64,000 nucleotides of DNA from Candidatus Latescibacterota bacterium (GTDB lineage: Bacteria; Latescibacterota; UBA2968; SICM01): assembly GCA_965217865.1 (NCBI GenBank), contig CBDCJO010000002.1:512001-576000 (forward strand), given 5' to 3'. Below the pieces are notes generated by a model. The model made no database searches and was not told the origin of the DNA. It was given only the letters and a program-made list of their open reading frames with translations. Numbering within the stretch: the first letter of the stretch is position 1; every line of letters starts with the position of its first letter. The position numbers and the translations under genes were made by a program. Shown here piece after piece: positions 39,984-50,943 of the stretch.

Positions 39984-40960
39984 CAGTTTGCCTTGGCTCC
40001 TGTAACCGCCTTCACTTCGGCCAATAAATCGCCGAACTTGCCGTAATTGACCTTCACTCCATCGTCGAGGTCGAGGCTGATGCGTTGGTCCGCATAATGG
40101 CGCAGCTTTTCGTCAAACTCCCGAAGCTCCGATTGTTGCTTGACCAGTGTCGCCCGCTCTTTCTCCAGCCGATTGCGGTGAGCCGTCGAGGCCGCGGCGG
40201 CAATATCCCTCTCCAACTGGCGCACACGCGAAGCCATCATGCCCTGCAGCGGGATCACGTACTCGGTACGCATCCGGGCCAGCGTGCCTTCGTTGTAGCG
40301 GTGCAGGTAGACGAGACACTGGAAGGCCTTCTGCTTGCCGCTTGAGAAGAGCCAGTAGATGGGGCGCTTCTTGTAGGTTTGCAGATGATCCTTGAAGAAG
40401 CTGTCGCACAGGTAGCGGCGCAGCGTCTCACGGCTGGACTCGTTCTTCCCACGCTGCACGTTATCGGTCAGGAAGGTGAGGTTGTCTTCGAGATGGCCCT
40501 TGTCCCAAGCCGCCGAGATGAACTCGGTGCATCGGTGGGCGGCATCGTCGTCGAACCACTCGGTGTCGGTGAGTGGGACGATGCCGTCTGGGTCGGCAGG
40601 GAACCTGGTGTAGCGGCTGGGGTCGAAGTCTACGTTGCCGCTGTGGGCGTAGATCAGGCCAGGTACGTCCAGACTGTAGCGGCCCATCATGCAGCCGATG
40701 GCGTAAGAGATCAACTCCTTCATGGTGTCCGGCCGGAAGCGATCCCACTGTTCCTCTTCGGTGAGATTACCGCCATAGCGATAGGCGGGGTTCACCGTGA
40801 GGGTGATCTGCTCGATGGGAACGCCGGGGGTAAGTTCGTCTTGCAGGCCATAGGAGTCGATGAACAGGCGATTGTTCTCCTCTTCGAGACGCTTCGTCTC
40901 GGCGATGATATCGCGGTTCTGGGTGATCCATGCGGTGTAGCTGGATTTGAGGGTGGGTGC
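39983..40960 (-). pseudogene. pglX: BREX-1 methyltransferase PglX, C-terminal fragment
   Basis: LEEENNRLFID.YGL, ELISYAIGCMMGRYSLD, YKKRPIYWLFSSG, LDLDDGVKVNYGKF; N-terminal catalytic part absent. Confidence 0.9.
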
Positions 40961-41232
40961 GGGATCGGAGGATGCCGTCAGGATGGGCCCGCTGAGGCAC
41001 GGAATCCGGCCCGTGTGCGACTTTAATTCGGAATCCGGGCAACGGTATGCGACCTCCACAAAAAAAGCGACCGTGGGGGGGTATGACTTACGGCCCGGCA
41101 CAGCGCCGGGTTTCGTTGATACCCTGGGGGCCACGGAGTCGAACGCGAGGATCGTGGTCGAATTCGGGGGAACTGGTCCGGCTCCAGTGAATACATACCG
41201 GGGGACGTTCCCAAACGTCGAACCAGGCTGTT

Positions 41233-41587
41233 AGCTGTCCGGGAGGATGTCGCCTCCAGTTGCGCGGGTCGGGTCGCAGGTCTCCGGCTCGGACCCGCCG
41301 CAGCTCTACTACGCGATCACGTGCCATGGGCATCCCCTTCCGCTCGGCCGGGGGGACCGCCGAAATGCACGGTGATCTCCGGCGGCTTGCGATCTTGCAG
41401 TTCCACCTGCTGCTGCGCGGCCGCGTACTGGTCCTTTCGCAGCCGGTCGCACACACGCCCGATGTCGCGGAAGACCTGCGTCGGGGACACCCCGACCCGT
41501 GTCGCGATCTCGCGATAGCTCCAGCCCCGCGATGCGCAGGCGCAACGTCAGCAGACACCACTCCTCCAGCGTTGGGTTCTGCGGCAT
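41233..41587 (-). pseudogene. Phage/satellite-like small HTH gene followed by a ParB-like N-terminal scrap
   Basis: MPQNPTLEE...HRACV; MARDRVVELRRVRAGDLRPDPRNWRRHP. Confidence 0.45.
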
Positions 41588-41809
41588 GGTGTTCCCCTCC
41601 TATCGTTTCCCCGGCCGCTCGTCCCTGAACATGATCGCCAGGTGTGGATTCCATGCTGGAGAGCCCTCGTAGAGGCGGCCACGAACCGGGCCTTCCGGAT
41701 CTCCCCGCACGCCTTGGGGGAACCGTGCGCGCCTTTGATAAGCCTTGCTAAAATCGCCGGAGAAGGCGTCGCTCGGGCTGGGACTGGGGGCTGCGCCGGC
41801 TACGGTTTC

Positions 41810-42345
41810 GGACTCCGGGCGCACGGCCGCTTCCGCTGTCCGGTGATCTGCCGTAAGACCGGACCCATCGGGTCCGGCTTCCTGTGAATACTTGCCGGAG
41901 GACCTTCCGAAACGTCGAAAGGACGCAACCGGGCTGTTAAACAAGGCCGACGCGGAAAACAGAGAATCAGAGAATCCGGAGGAGATATCTCTGCTCAGCG
42001 GACGCAACCCCCACGGTTGCGCTTGCAATCCCGATGGGAGCGCTTCGAAACAGAGAACCGGCAGAGAAGGGGGGAGGTGGCACAAGCGTTTGTGAATACG
42101 GCAGAAACGACAAGACCCCGAAGGGGTTGCCCTACGGGGTTTTGCGTTAACGGACGACCGCCGAAGTTGGCGGATGGGAATATGGCTCCCCATATGATCC
42201 TCTCCCCGGAACCATTCTCTGTTCGTCAGTCGTAACCTGCTGTGTTGAAAGGAGATATCGTGATTACGCCCGCGCCGCAGACGCGGAAGACAGCGTCAAG
42301 ACGACTTCCGCCCTTCAGGTCAAAACAGCCACTTCTCCGACATGG
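41810..42345. repeat. ~540 bp hairpin-rich non-coding repeat, copy B
   Basis: Colinear with 13248-13785, same orientation; stems conserved and loops variable. Confidence 0.85.
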
Positions 42346-42380
42346 GATCAGGATATCCGGGTCGTCGTTACCCACGCTGT

Positions 42381-42690
42381 TCACCTTGGTGCTGACGGCG
42401 CGCCTTTCGTAGGGGCCAACATGAACTCAGTTCCAAACATATCGACATAATTAAACAAGCTTTTCTGCATCGTGCAATGGTCAAATGACACATCTGAAGC
42501 TGGGACTCCACTTGCTCCCCCCGTATTTTTAAACCTAGCGCCGTTGATATTCACAAACTCAAAATCTCCTCCTGAAAAATCCACATTTCGGAACACAGAG
42601 TCGTTCAGATTTACATAGCTGATTTGAGATCCTTTCATATTGACGTATTCCATCATCGTTTCTTGGATATCTTTCTTTCCGATCTTCACC
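42381..42690 (-). pseudogene. Pentapeptide-repeat-like protein, 3'-truncated
   Basis: YVNMKGSQISYVNLNDSVFRNVDFSGGDFEFVNINGARF. Confidence 0.6.
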
Positions 42691-43343
42691 AGAGCCTCCT
42701 CAAGATTAGTGCCGATAAATGCACGCTGTGCTGATAAACGCACATGATTTGGTTTGCCCCATGTAGAAGTAGAACATTTTGCGAGTATTATAATGTCTAA
42801 CAATAAGATTACAGAATAATCCCTCTTAATGGCTCCTATAGATGTTTTTATAGCTATATCTATTCATCATATTGTGTCACTGCTGTCCAAGATAAATCAG
42901 AATTGGCCTTTTTTGGACAAGTAAGTGACTGTTTTTACACAATGCCCTCTGGCAGCTGAAATCCAGGTTGCACTGGCCAAAGATGCTGTCCAAAAGCCGG
43001 ATGGTCCGAAAGATCGGGCCTTTCATTGCACAACACATCCCGAAAAGCTGGGATTCAGGCGATTCGAAGAGGACCTAGCGGTTCGGGCAGTCTTTGATCG
43101 CCTATCTGATCCAAATGCTGTCCAAAGAAAAAACCGATTTTGGACAGGTATGATATCGCCCACAAACTGAACAACCCATTCGGATATGAGGACCCTTCGG
43201 ATATAGCCGTGGTTTCATCCTTTCTTTGCAGTGTGGGAAAATCTCAAGTTAAACTGTAACGGGGATACAATTCAAGGGAACAATATCAGAGGGGCGGTCC
43301 TTGAGATCGCCCCTCTGAATCGTTGCCTATGGCCGGTCTGCGT

Positions 43344-44969
43344 TTATTTTGATGCCTGATCTTCCCCGCCCCTTAAGGACCGCATCCACCGCTCCATTTC
43401 ACGGGTCGCAATTTCGCGGCTACCCAGGCCAAAAGCGATGGCCACGGCCACGGCCACCGCACCCAGCAGCAGGCCGAAGGCCAGGTTGATGATGTCGCTG
43501 GCCAGGCCCATCTGCTCGAGGGCCATGCCCGCCGCCAGGATGAGGATAGCAGTTCGAACGATTACGCTGAGTAGGCCCCCCTGCTGGCCGCCGCGCTCCC
43601 GGAGCACGCGGGCGGCCAGATCGCCCAGGAAGAGCCCGGTTCCGAAGATGATAATGCCCAGGACCACGTGCCCGACGAAGGTCGTAAGCTGCGTCAAAAG
43701 CCCGGCCAGGCCCTCAAAGCCCAGCAGGCCGGCGGCTTCGATAGCGGCGAAGAGGAGCACGGCCACCAGGAGCAGGTAGCCGACCCATTCTGCAGGCGTG
43801 CGCTGGCCTTGGGCAGGTTCTGGGCCGATGCCCATGCGGGATAGGACCGCATTAAACCCAATGCCGGTGAGGAGGTCGGCGACCAGGCCGGCCACAAAGC
43901 GCCCGATCAGGTAGGCGACGAGCAGGACCAGGGCGGAGGTGAAGATCGCCGGGACGGCGTACAGAATGGTGGTGAGCATCGCGCTGGCCGGGCCGGAGAT
44001 GGCCTCGAATCTCAGCGCGTCCAAAGCGGCGACAGCGGCCACGATGAGGATCAGGGTGTAGACAACCAGCCCGGACAGGCCGGACAGATTCCGCCCGCCC
44101 AGGGCGGTGCCCAGGCCGGCGCGTTCACCTGCCTGATCGATCCCTGTGGAGGACAGGAGGTTGGTGGTGGCGCGCTGCACGATGCGCGCGGCGAACCAGC
44201 CGATGAACAGGATGAGGGCGGCGGAGAAGAGATTGGGCAGAAATCCCATGATTTTACCAATCATTTCCCGGACGGGGGCCAACAGCCCTTCCAGCCTCAG
44301 GGCGCCGAGCACGGCGGGCAAGAAGATCATGAAAATCAGCCAGTAGAGGGCGTTCCCGATGTTCTGAGCGACCGAGAGTCCCTCCTCCCCTTCGATGCCA
44401 GAGGATTCGCCGAGGCGTTCGTCCACCCGTGCCGCCTTGAGCAGCCGGGTGACCAGCAGGCGGACCAGGCTGGCCAGCACCCAGGCCAGGAGCAGAAGCA
44501 GAACGGCGCTGAGGATTTGCGGAGCAAAGTTAAAGACTTTGACCAGCATTTGATTAAGCGGTTCGGTGACGATGGAGAACCCCAGCGCCTGGAAGGTGGC
44601 GACGAGGACAAAGAGCATGATCAAATAGTATATGCCCCTGGCTGTCCACTTTTCGACTTCGATCCGGGTATCGGCCTCTTCGCCGACGACCCAGCGGACC
44701 ATCCGGTTATCCAGGTCGGTCCGCCTGAGGATGCGCCGGACGAGCGCAGCGACGAAAAGGGCGATAAGCCAGCCGATGACCAGGACGGCCAGCGCCATCA
44801 GCACCGGCGGAAGCCAGTCGAACTGAGCGATGGAGGTCTTGACCGCCTGGACCAGTGTGTTCCACGAGCCTGTCATAGTACTGCCCTCCCTAATTGGAAT
44901 GAAGAATGCCTGCGCGGGTGTGCGGAATTCCGCTTCACGCTGTATTCGTCCCCCCCGATCCGGAACCAC
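43344..44969 (-). CDS. TM-helix-repeat / mechanosensitive-channel-like (CmpX-type) membrane protein
   Basis: Four repeats of P.l..A...L.IGW..A..V; C-terminal INLAFGLLLGAVAVAVAIAFGLGSRE; likely start at MTGSW (~44876) after GGGAGG; followed by hairpin AGAGGGGCG...CGCCCCTCT near 43290-43316. Confidence 0.88.
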   Translation of the reverse strand: MVPDRGGRIQREAEFRTPAQAFFIPIREGSTMTGSWNTLVQAVKTSIAQFDWLPPVLMALAVLVIGWLIALFVAALVRRILRRTDLDNRMVRWVVGEEADTRIEVEKWTARGIYYLIMLFVLVATFQALGFSIVTEPLNQMLVKVFNFAPQILSAVLLLLLAWVLASLVRLLVTRLLKAARVDERLGESSGIEGEEGLSVAQNIGNALYWLIFMIFLPAVLGALRLEGLLAPVREMIGKIMGFLPNLFSAALILFIGWFAARIVQRATTNLLSSTGIDQAGERAGLGTALGGRNLSGLSGLVVYTLILIVAAVAALDALRFEAISGPASAMLTTILYAVPAIFTSALVLLVAYLIGRFVAGLVADLLTGIGFNAVLSRMGIGPEPAQGQRTPAEWVGYLLLVAVLLFAAIEAAGLLGFEGLAGLLTQLTTFVGHVVLGIIIFGTGLFLGDLAARVLRERGGQQGGLLSVIVRTAILILAAGMALEQMGLASDIINLAFGLLLGAVAVAVAIAFGLGSREIATREMERWMRSLRGGEDQASK

Positions 44970-45249
44970 CGTACCTTTTTCCCGACTACAAGAAATGAAT
45001 TCCCGGCCATAGGCTATCTCCTTTGTGACAGATATTCGCTCAGGCGCCGTCCGTTTGGACAGCCGTTCTCAGTGGACCCGACGAGGTGTTTTTGATTGAC
45101 CGTCGTGGCCACTTCCGCGGAGATCAGACAAAAAATCCCGATCCGGCACCTCTCCCACTTATTTTGACGGAGTGTTATTTCCTATCTACTCTTTCTCCGA
45201 ATTTTCCGACGCCATATGCAGAATCTACTCCCCGATCTGTAGTCCCCGT

Positions 45250-46038
45250 ACAGTGACCACCGTCAAAAAGCGACTGCACGACTCCAGAAAGAGATTAAAA
45301 GAAAGGATGATCGAAATGGTCAGCGAATCCCTGAAGGATCATTCACCTGATGAACGTTTCAGCGAGAAAGTGGTGGGGGAGCTGCTCAATAGGCCAAAAC
45401 CGATGGAGATCGAAGGGCATCCGGTCAGAACGATCTGGGAACAGATCCGGACCGCCCTGTCCTCGTATGAAATCATCGGCGGTGAGGAAATCGTAGATAG
45501 ATCGGTGGAGGAGGATATGGGAGTCACCGAAATGGCTTATCACGTAAGCGATAATGAAATCCTCCGGACCCATACGACCCACACGACATTTCAGGCGATA
45601 AAGGGACGGAAACCACCCGTGCGTTTGCTCGCGGCCGGAAGAGTTTTTCGATCGGACAGTGAAGATCGACGTCATTCCAAAGTCTTCCATCAAGTCGATG
45701 GGATTTGCATCGACCAAACCGCTGATCTTCAGACCCTGAAATCAACGGTCCGGCAAACGCTCATTGCGGTGTTCGGAGAAGTCGAGATCCGTTGGCGCAA
45801 TCATGATTTCAAGTTTGTCGAAGCTGGTATTGAATTCGATATCAGATGGAACGAAAAATGGTTTGGAATGGGCGGCTGCGGGCTTCTGAAAGAAGATATG
45901 TTACGCCAGGCGGGTTTCAATGTCAAGAGGGTAAGCGGATTTGCTTTTGGGCTGGGAATAGAGCGGATTGCCATGATCAAGCAGGAAATCGATGATATTC
46001 GTCAATTATGGAAATCGCCATATGTGCCGGAGAGCTGA
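45250..46038 (+). pseudogene. 5'-truncated ECF sigma factor (end of region 4) fused to a PheRS-alpha catalytic-like domain
   Basis: TVTTVKKRLHDSRKRLKERMIEMV, then LRTHTT, GRVFRSDSED..HS..FHQVDG, GGCGL, GFAFGLGIERIAM.K..IDDIR. Confidence 0.75.
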
Positions 46039-46262
46039 AGGAGAATGGTCATATCCCAAGCCTTTTCGCAATGGCCTTTCCTCCTCGACTATTAAGTGAT
46101 AGATGTTGCCCACGGGATTCAGATGACCTGTACACAATGATATGTCTTCCATTCGGAACACCCCAGTCCCGCGCCCTGCGAGCAACAATTATCGTTATTT
46201 CTCCACTTTTCGCTCTCGGGACAAGAACCTCACGGACATAAGATATAGCGGCCTCCCGAGAA

Positions 46263-47687
46263 GGTCAAGTCTTAAGCGTCCTGCAAAATGCAAGCCTTCA
46301 ACTGGAGGTCCAGTGAGGTTCAGGCAACGGCTACCATTTCAGCCGGTGGTGCGATCTGTCGTTCCTCATAGAGCAGCTGGAGCTGGAGCAGTTCGGTGGA
46401 CGTGATGTTGATATTCTGCCACCTGGCAGCGGCACGGATGAGAACAGCATAGACGAGCTTCAGGCAACTCTTTTCGGAGAAGAATCGCGGCAATGTTTTG
46501 GTTCGGCGGCGTTCCTCGACAAAGCTGCGTTCGATCAGGTTGGTGGTGCGGGCGAACTTCCGGAGTCGCCAGGGAAGCTGGAGGTGTGCGAGGAGAGCTT
46601 CGAGGTCCTCCGTGAGACACTTGCACAGACCGGGGAACTCCTTGCTGAACTTCTCCAGAAACTCTCGCACCGCACTTTGGCCGGCCTGAAGATCCGGGGC
46701 GTCACGAATCATCACCAGATACGGCTTGATCTCATGCCAGCGCGCATCGGGCACCTTGGCTGCAAAGTTGCGCATCCGATGCGCCCAGCAGCGTCCGCGC
46801 AGACTCTTCGGCCACATCTGGTCGATGGTCTGGATAAGCCCACCGGCTCCGTCGGTCGTGACGAACAGGGGTGCCGGTAAACCACGCCGGTCGAGATCCC
46901 GGACGAACTCAAGCCATGCCTCGCCGCTTTCTTTGCTGCCCAGACCCAGGGAGATCAGAACTTTCCGGCCGTCCAGTGTGATGCCCCAGGCGCACAGCAC
47001 GGCCTCCCGGGTGATGCCGTGGGTACGAAGCGGCTCGTACAGGCCGTCCAGGAACAGGCACAGGAGAGGAAAGTCGCTGAGATCGCGTTCCTGGAAGGCC
47101 TGGTATTGTTCCCAAAGGACTTCGGTGACTTCGCTGACCTTGCTGCGGCTAAGCAGGCAACGCCCCTGCTCATCAGTGAAGGCGTCCTCGATGTCCCGGG
47201 TAGACAGTCCACGCGCGTACATCTCGGTTGCCAGGCGCTGCACCATCCCTGAGTCGCCGCGCAGAAGATCGTAAAGGCTGCACCGGTAGGGCTCCTCTGG
47301 ATCCCTGACCTGAGGAATCGCGACCTCGAGGCGGCCTTCGGCAGTATCCAGATAGCCCGGCTCATAGCCGCTACGGTAGCCTCGACGACCTTCACCGCGT
47401 TTATACCGATCGACACCCAGGTGGTCCCGCTGATGCGCCTCAAAACCCTCCTGGCAGATCAGCCGGGTGGACAACTGAACTAGCTGAGTCAACGCCTCTT
47501 GGGCGCTCTCGACATCCTGGAGTCCTTCGATGAACTCCTTCAATTCCTTGCGCAATCTATCACTCGGAGCTATCTTCTTCATACGGCGTGACTCCTTCCT
47601 TTTGCCCACTCGGGGCGTCGAGGTTTTTGGGGACCTCTGGAAGATAGCTCACGCCGCTTCTTTTTGCAGGAAATCTAAGACATTACC
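46263..47687 (-). mobile_element. IS256-family element, complete
   Basis: TIR GGTCAAGTCTTA...CCTGCAAAA / TTTTGCAGG...TAAGACATTACC; 9 bp target duplication TCCCGAGAA. Confidence 0.95.
46320..47609 (-). CDS. IS256-family transposase
   Basis: MYARGLSTRDI, LFLDGL, TTDGAGGL, RCWAHRMRN, RTTNLIERSFVEERRRTK. Confidence 0.94.
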   Translation of the reverse strand: MGKRKESRRMKKIAPSDRLRKELKEFIEGLQDVESAQEALTQLVQLSTRLICQEGFEAHQRDHLGVDRYKRGEGRRGYRSGYEPGYLDTAEGRLEVAIPQVRDPEEPYRCSLYDLLRGDSGMVQRLATEMYARGLSTRDIEDAFTDEQGRCLLSRSKVSEVTEVLWEQYQAFQERDLSDFPLLCLFLDGLYEPLRTHGITREAVLCAWGITLDGRKVLISLGLGSKESGEAWLEFVRDLDRRGLPAPLFVTTDGAGGLIQTIDQMWPKSLRGRCWAHRMRNFAAKVPDARWHEIKPYLVMIRDAPDLQAGQSAVREFLEKFSKEFPGLCKCLTEDLEALLAHLQLPWRLRKFARTTNLIERSFVEERRRTKTLPRFFSEKSCLKLVYAVLIRAAARWQNINITSTELLQLQLLYEERQIAPPAEMVAVA

Positions 47688-47712
47688 TCCCGAGAATCCA
47701 ACGCGTTGAGCG

Positions 47713-48962
47713 TGGACTTGACCCGGTTTCGTGGATACCTTATTACTTGGCAGAAAGGAGGATGCTACGATGCCGAGGTCACATTCGCCGTATCCACCGG
47801 AGTTCAAGCGGCAGATTGTAGAACTGGTGCGAGCGGGTCGCACGCCCCATGAGTTGTCCCGTGAGTTCGAGCCGTCGGCCCAGGCGATCCGGATCTGGAT
47901 GAGGGCCTCCGCAGTGACGGTCTGATCACCGAGGAGCGGGAGGAGATCAGACGACTGCGCCGCGAGAATAGGCAGTTGCGACAGGAGCGGGAGATCCTTG
48001 CAAAAGCCGCGGCCTGGTTCGCTCGGGAGACCAACTCGGTGCCAGGGGAGTCTACGAGTTCGTGAAAGCCAATCAGGCCTTCTATAAAGTAGCCACGATG
48101 TGCCGGGTCCTGGAAGTCTCCACCAGTGGGTACTACGCGTGGCTCAAGCGGCCGCTGTCGGCACGAGCGCAGGCCGATGTGGCTCTGACGGAACGGATCG
48201 TGAAGATTCACAAGTGTTCTGATGGCACCTACGGTGTCCCGCGCATATACGAGGAGCTTGTAGCCGAGGGGGAGCGGATCGGTCGCAAGCGCGTTGCGCG
48301 GTTGATGCGTGCTGCAGGCCTGGAGGGCGTAAGTCGTCGCAAACGGCATCGAACCACCTACCGTGATCGCGATGGGCGCGTCGCTGCTGACCTGGTCAAT
48401 CGAGATTTCACGGCTAACGGGCCAGACCAGCTCTGGGTAGCCGACATCACTTACATCAGTACGTGGGCCGGCTTCCTGTATCTCGCGGTCGTTGTGGACG
48501 CCTGGAGCCGCCGCGTCGTTGGCTGGGCGATGGCGACCCATCTGCGCGCCGAGCTGGTGCTCGAGGCGTTGAATATGGCGCTCTGGCAACGACAGCCGGA
48601 AGCCGTCATCCATCACTCCGACCAGGATGTCAGTACACCTCCATTGCCTTCGGTCTACGGTGCCGCAAGGCCGGTGTCCGGCCCTCTATGGGCTCCACCG
48701 GTGACTGCTACGACAACGCGTTATGCGAGAGCTTCTTCGCCACGCTCGAATGCGAACGCCTGGATCGCCGAAACTACCGCACACAGGCCGAAGCCCGGAT
48801 GTCCGTATTTCAATACATCGAGGGCTGGTACAACTCCCATCGGCGACACTCAGCACTCGGATATCTCTCTCCCATGAACTTTGAGCAGACCTCCAGCGCT
48901 GTTGCCCATGAAGCCGAATGAATCGCAACTGATAAACCGTCCGCTAAACCGGGGTAACTCCA
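47713..48962 (+). mobile_element. IS3-family element, degenerate (OrfA deletion, OrfB frameshift near 48630)
   Basis: TG...CA ends TGGACTTGACCCGGTTTCGTGGA / TCCGCTAAACCGGGGTAACTCCA; YPPEFKRQIVELV, WVADITY, HHSD, DCYDNALCESFF. Confidence 0.9.
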
Positions 48963-49191
48963 GTCCGGAGGAGACTGCTCTGTACATTCCTCATTCCGGG
49001 GGCATCCTGGCCGTCGCGGACGCAATCGTCCGGTACGACGGAGATCTCGGATTTGTACCGGACTACCTGCTGGGAGGTGAGAACCCGGAGGCCATAAAGC
49101 GGGACCTTCGAGATGTGTTCCTCGAGCATTTGGATCGGGACTTCGACCACATGCTCTTCGCCCACGGCGATCCGTGGGTCGGAGGGGCTAA

Positions 49192-50717
49192 CAGCCCGTT
49201 GAAGAACTACCTTTCAACGCACATAAACGGAAAAGACGCCTGGAGTGCGGGTCAGATAAATCAAGGTAAGGAGATTGAGCAGGAGACGCTGATAAGAGGT
49301 TAAAAAGGTAACCGAGGGCAGCAAACGTGATTGTAGGACGAGCAGTAGACGCTGCAAGGCCTTGGCCAGGTCCTGGAGGGCCTTCGGAGTACCTACGCCC
49401 ATCACTTTGCGCATGAGCAGAGCCAGGTTGCAGCCCCCGATGTGGATCAGCAAACGCTTGAGGATATTGCCGCGGTCTCTCAAGTGCAACCTGCGCATGC
49501 CACCGGTATCATATGTGTGAGCGATGGTTCTTTCCACCCGTTCTGCACGACTTCGGCGCAAGGCCTTGCCGCGATCTCCCTTGATCCGGCGTCGATTCGC
49601 ATATACCGCGGCCTGCTCATCTCGTCGGCCGTTCCACTTGCGGCGTCCCCGATCCGGTTCTGAAATGTAACTCCGGATGCCGCCTTGCTTCAGACTGGTC
49701 AATACATCGTTGCTATGATATCCTTTGTCCGCAACCACCTCCCGTATACGCTGTCTGTGCAAACGTTTGGCAGCTTTTTCGTCCTTCGCGACCTGCTTGA
49801 GATTGAGCTGCGCCTCGAGCAGCGTCCAGGGCAACGACTCGGTATCTCCTTCATCTGCTCCCGACAACGCCACTGCCACAATGGCATTGGTGTCCAGATC
49901 CACCGCGTGCTCCACCTTGTGCGCCATGTGCGTGCGACCGTCCTTCATCTTAGCGATCTTGGCATCCGGGTCGTGCGGGTGCTCCCAGTCCTGGTTCGAT
50001 CCCTTCTTCGGTCGCTTCTTATCGATCTTGGACAAGTCCTCGCGGGTAGGCGTTTCAATGCCCGAGGCCTTGGCCAGATTCTCAAGGAATGCCTGGTAGC
50101 CTTCACCCGTGTCACGGCGTACAATGCTGCGCATCGCGGCGTTGGCCTCCAGTGTCGTAGCATCCACGCCCAACGTCTTCCCCTTCACCAGACCCGCTTT
50201 GCACAAGACCCTCAGGATCCACTTGAAAACCGCTTCGTGAACTTCCAAGGGAAGCCGATGCCGGATGCGAGACAGGCTGGAATGATCCGGGGTCTGTTCG
50301 TCAAGGGCATACCCCAAAAACCGACGCAACGTCAGCGAGTCAGATACACGCCATTCGATCCCACGTTCCGAATCAAATCCCTCGAAATACCCAATCAAAA
50401 GCATCCGAAAATAAACCCCGGGCGGAATGCCCTTGCGACCCATATGAGGAGCGTAATACCGCTGGCAAAGCCCCTCGACGAACTCGTCGAAGCCGTTCGC
50501 CCCCAATACCTGATTCAGCTTCTCGTAGAACGGATGACCCGGAGATTTCACCAAAGTGTTCGATGCGATGAACAGGTTTTCCTGTCTCTGTCGTCCTCGT
50601 TTTCCCATTGCCATTTGCTCGTCCTCCCTTCTCAGTTTGAACCTGATATATCATAGGACCAAACCACAAGGAAAGACAACAGTCATCTTGGCATAAACGC
50701 ACTTTTTCAACAGGCTG
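49192..50717 (-). mobile_element. IS1182/IS5-like element, copy 2
   Basis: Near-identical to 32456-33983; CTAA target duplication. Confidence 0.92.
49214..50614 (-). CDS. IS1182/IS5-like DDE transposase
   Basis: Open 466 aa frame with a DUF772-like N-terminus and DDE motifs (VDAT, ADKGY, VER). Confidence 0.9.
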   Translation of the reverse strand: MAMGKRGRQRQENLFIASNTLVKSPGHPFYEKLNQVLGANGFDEFVEGLCQRYYAPHMGRKGIPPGVYFRMLLIGYFEGFDSERGIEWRVSDSLTLRRFLGYALDEQTPDHSSLSRIRHRLPLEVHEAVFKWILRVLCKAGLVKGKTLGVDATTLEANAAMRSIVRRDTGEGYQAFLENLAKASGIETPTREDLSKIDKKRPKKGSNQDWEHPHDPDAKIAKMKDGRTHMAHKVEHAVDLDTNAIVAVALSGADEGDTESLPWTLLEAQLNLKQVAKDEKAAKRLHRQRIREVVADKGYHSNDVLTSLKQGGIRSYISEPDRGRRKWNGRRDEQAAVYANRRRIKGDRGKALRRSRAERVERTIAHTYDTGGMRRLHLRDRGNILKRLLIHIGGCNLALLMRKVMGVGTPKALQDLAKALQRLLLVLQSRLLPSVTFLTSYQRLLLNLLTLIYLTRTPGVFSVYVR

Positions 50718-50943
50718 CTAAGGCGGGATTGCGCAATTTTCTAGATGGGTTACGGTTCTAAAACGAAATCCGTGGGAATAAGCGAAAGCCTGCTTTCCGC
50801 ATTGAAGATAGGTCGGATAGATTCACCGTTTCTTTAAGTGAGGCAAGGACATGGACAGACCCGGCGGGGTCGTCCGCTTCGAATGGATCAGCCGAATCTG
50901 AGGCTCTACGAGATCGATGCACTAAAGTAAAAAGAGGTTCGCT

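Larger units (their letters stand above)
48963..50761 (+). pseudogene. 3' fragment of a metallo-beta-lactamase-fold-like gene split by IS1182-like copy 2
   Basis: PEETALY...LAVADAI...DFDHMLFAHGDPWVGGA|KAGLRNFLDG continues after the IS. Confidence 0.6.

Noticed and set aside
45172-46038. Housekeeping pheS
   Set aside because: Lacks the N-terminal coiled coil, has altered substrate motifs, no pheT, and begins with a sigma-like helix
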